DNA of 64,000 nt, taken from an uncultured delta proteobacterium (GTDB taxonomy: Bacteria; Desulfobacterota; Zymogenia; Zymogenales; Zymogenaceae). Position numbers and translations under genes: made by a program. This document shows positions 63,950 to 64,000 of this stretch, in pieces. A model generated the notes under the pieces. That model was given only the letters and a program-made list of their open reading frames with translations. It did not search any database and was not told where the DNA came from. The stretch spans positions 320,001 to 384,000 of the forward strand of contig CAVTLK010000005.1 in NCBI GenBank assembly GCA_963735595.1, written 5' to 3'. How positions within the stretch are numbered: the first letter of the stretch is position 1; each line of letters begins with the position of its first letter.

Positions 63950-64000
63950 ATGAAATCGACAATTCATCCAACCGCCATCGTGTCGCCGGGCGCCCAGCTG
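63950..64000 (+). CDS. lpxA: UDP-GlcNAc acyltransferase, 5' end only
   Basis: MKSTIHPTAIVSPGAQL; synteny after lpxD-fabZ. Confidence 0.85.
   Translation, partial: MKSTIHPTAIVSPGAQL

Overview
A 64 kb GC-rich chromosomal window from an anaerobic diderm bacterium. Gene content (AOR, AbfD, MglA, V4R, AhbA, BamA with an N-terminal extension) suggests Desulfobacterota/deltaproteobacteria; this is an inference. Most of it is housekeeping and envelope genes: mscL, kdsB-pyrG-kdsA, polA, khpA, lysS and lolC/E-lolD-bamA-skp-lpxD-fabZ-lpxA. Accessory genes include a TetR / Fe-ADH / SCP2 / AOR / MoaD cluster, a HerA-like ATPase, a Ycf46-like AAA ATPase and several transporters. I saw no rRNA, tRNA, CRISPR array, transposase or prophage. 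The standout signal is hidden from the ORF track. 44127-44924 reads as one 265-codon organomercurial-lyase (MerB)-like gene with two in-frame UGA codons exactly at the two catalytic cysteine positions, each followed by a SECIS-like hairpin, so it is a probable double-selenocysteine enzyme. It lies in a MarR / SAM-methyltransferase / MerB-like unit with a repeated operator-like palindrome and no mer operon. Other items are a candidate sRNA or attenuator, a 60-bp duplicated gene end flanking a lower-GC methyltransferase insert, a four-repeat secreted protein with a collagen-like (GPI)n linker, palindromic intergenic repeats, and clustered frameshifts in conserved genes (lysS, abfD, lolC/E) that are probably assembly errors.
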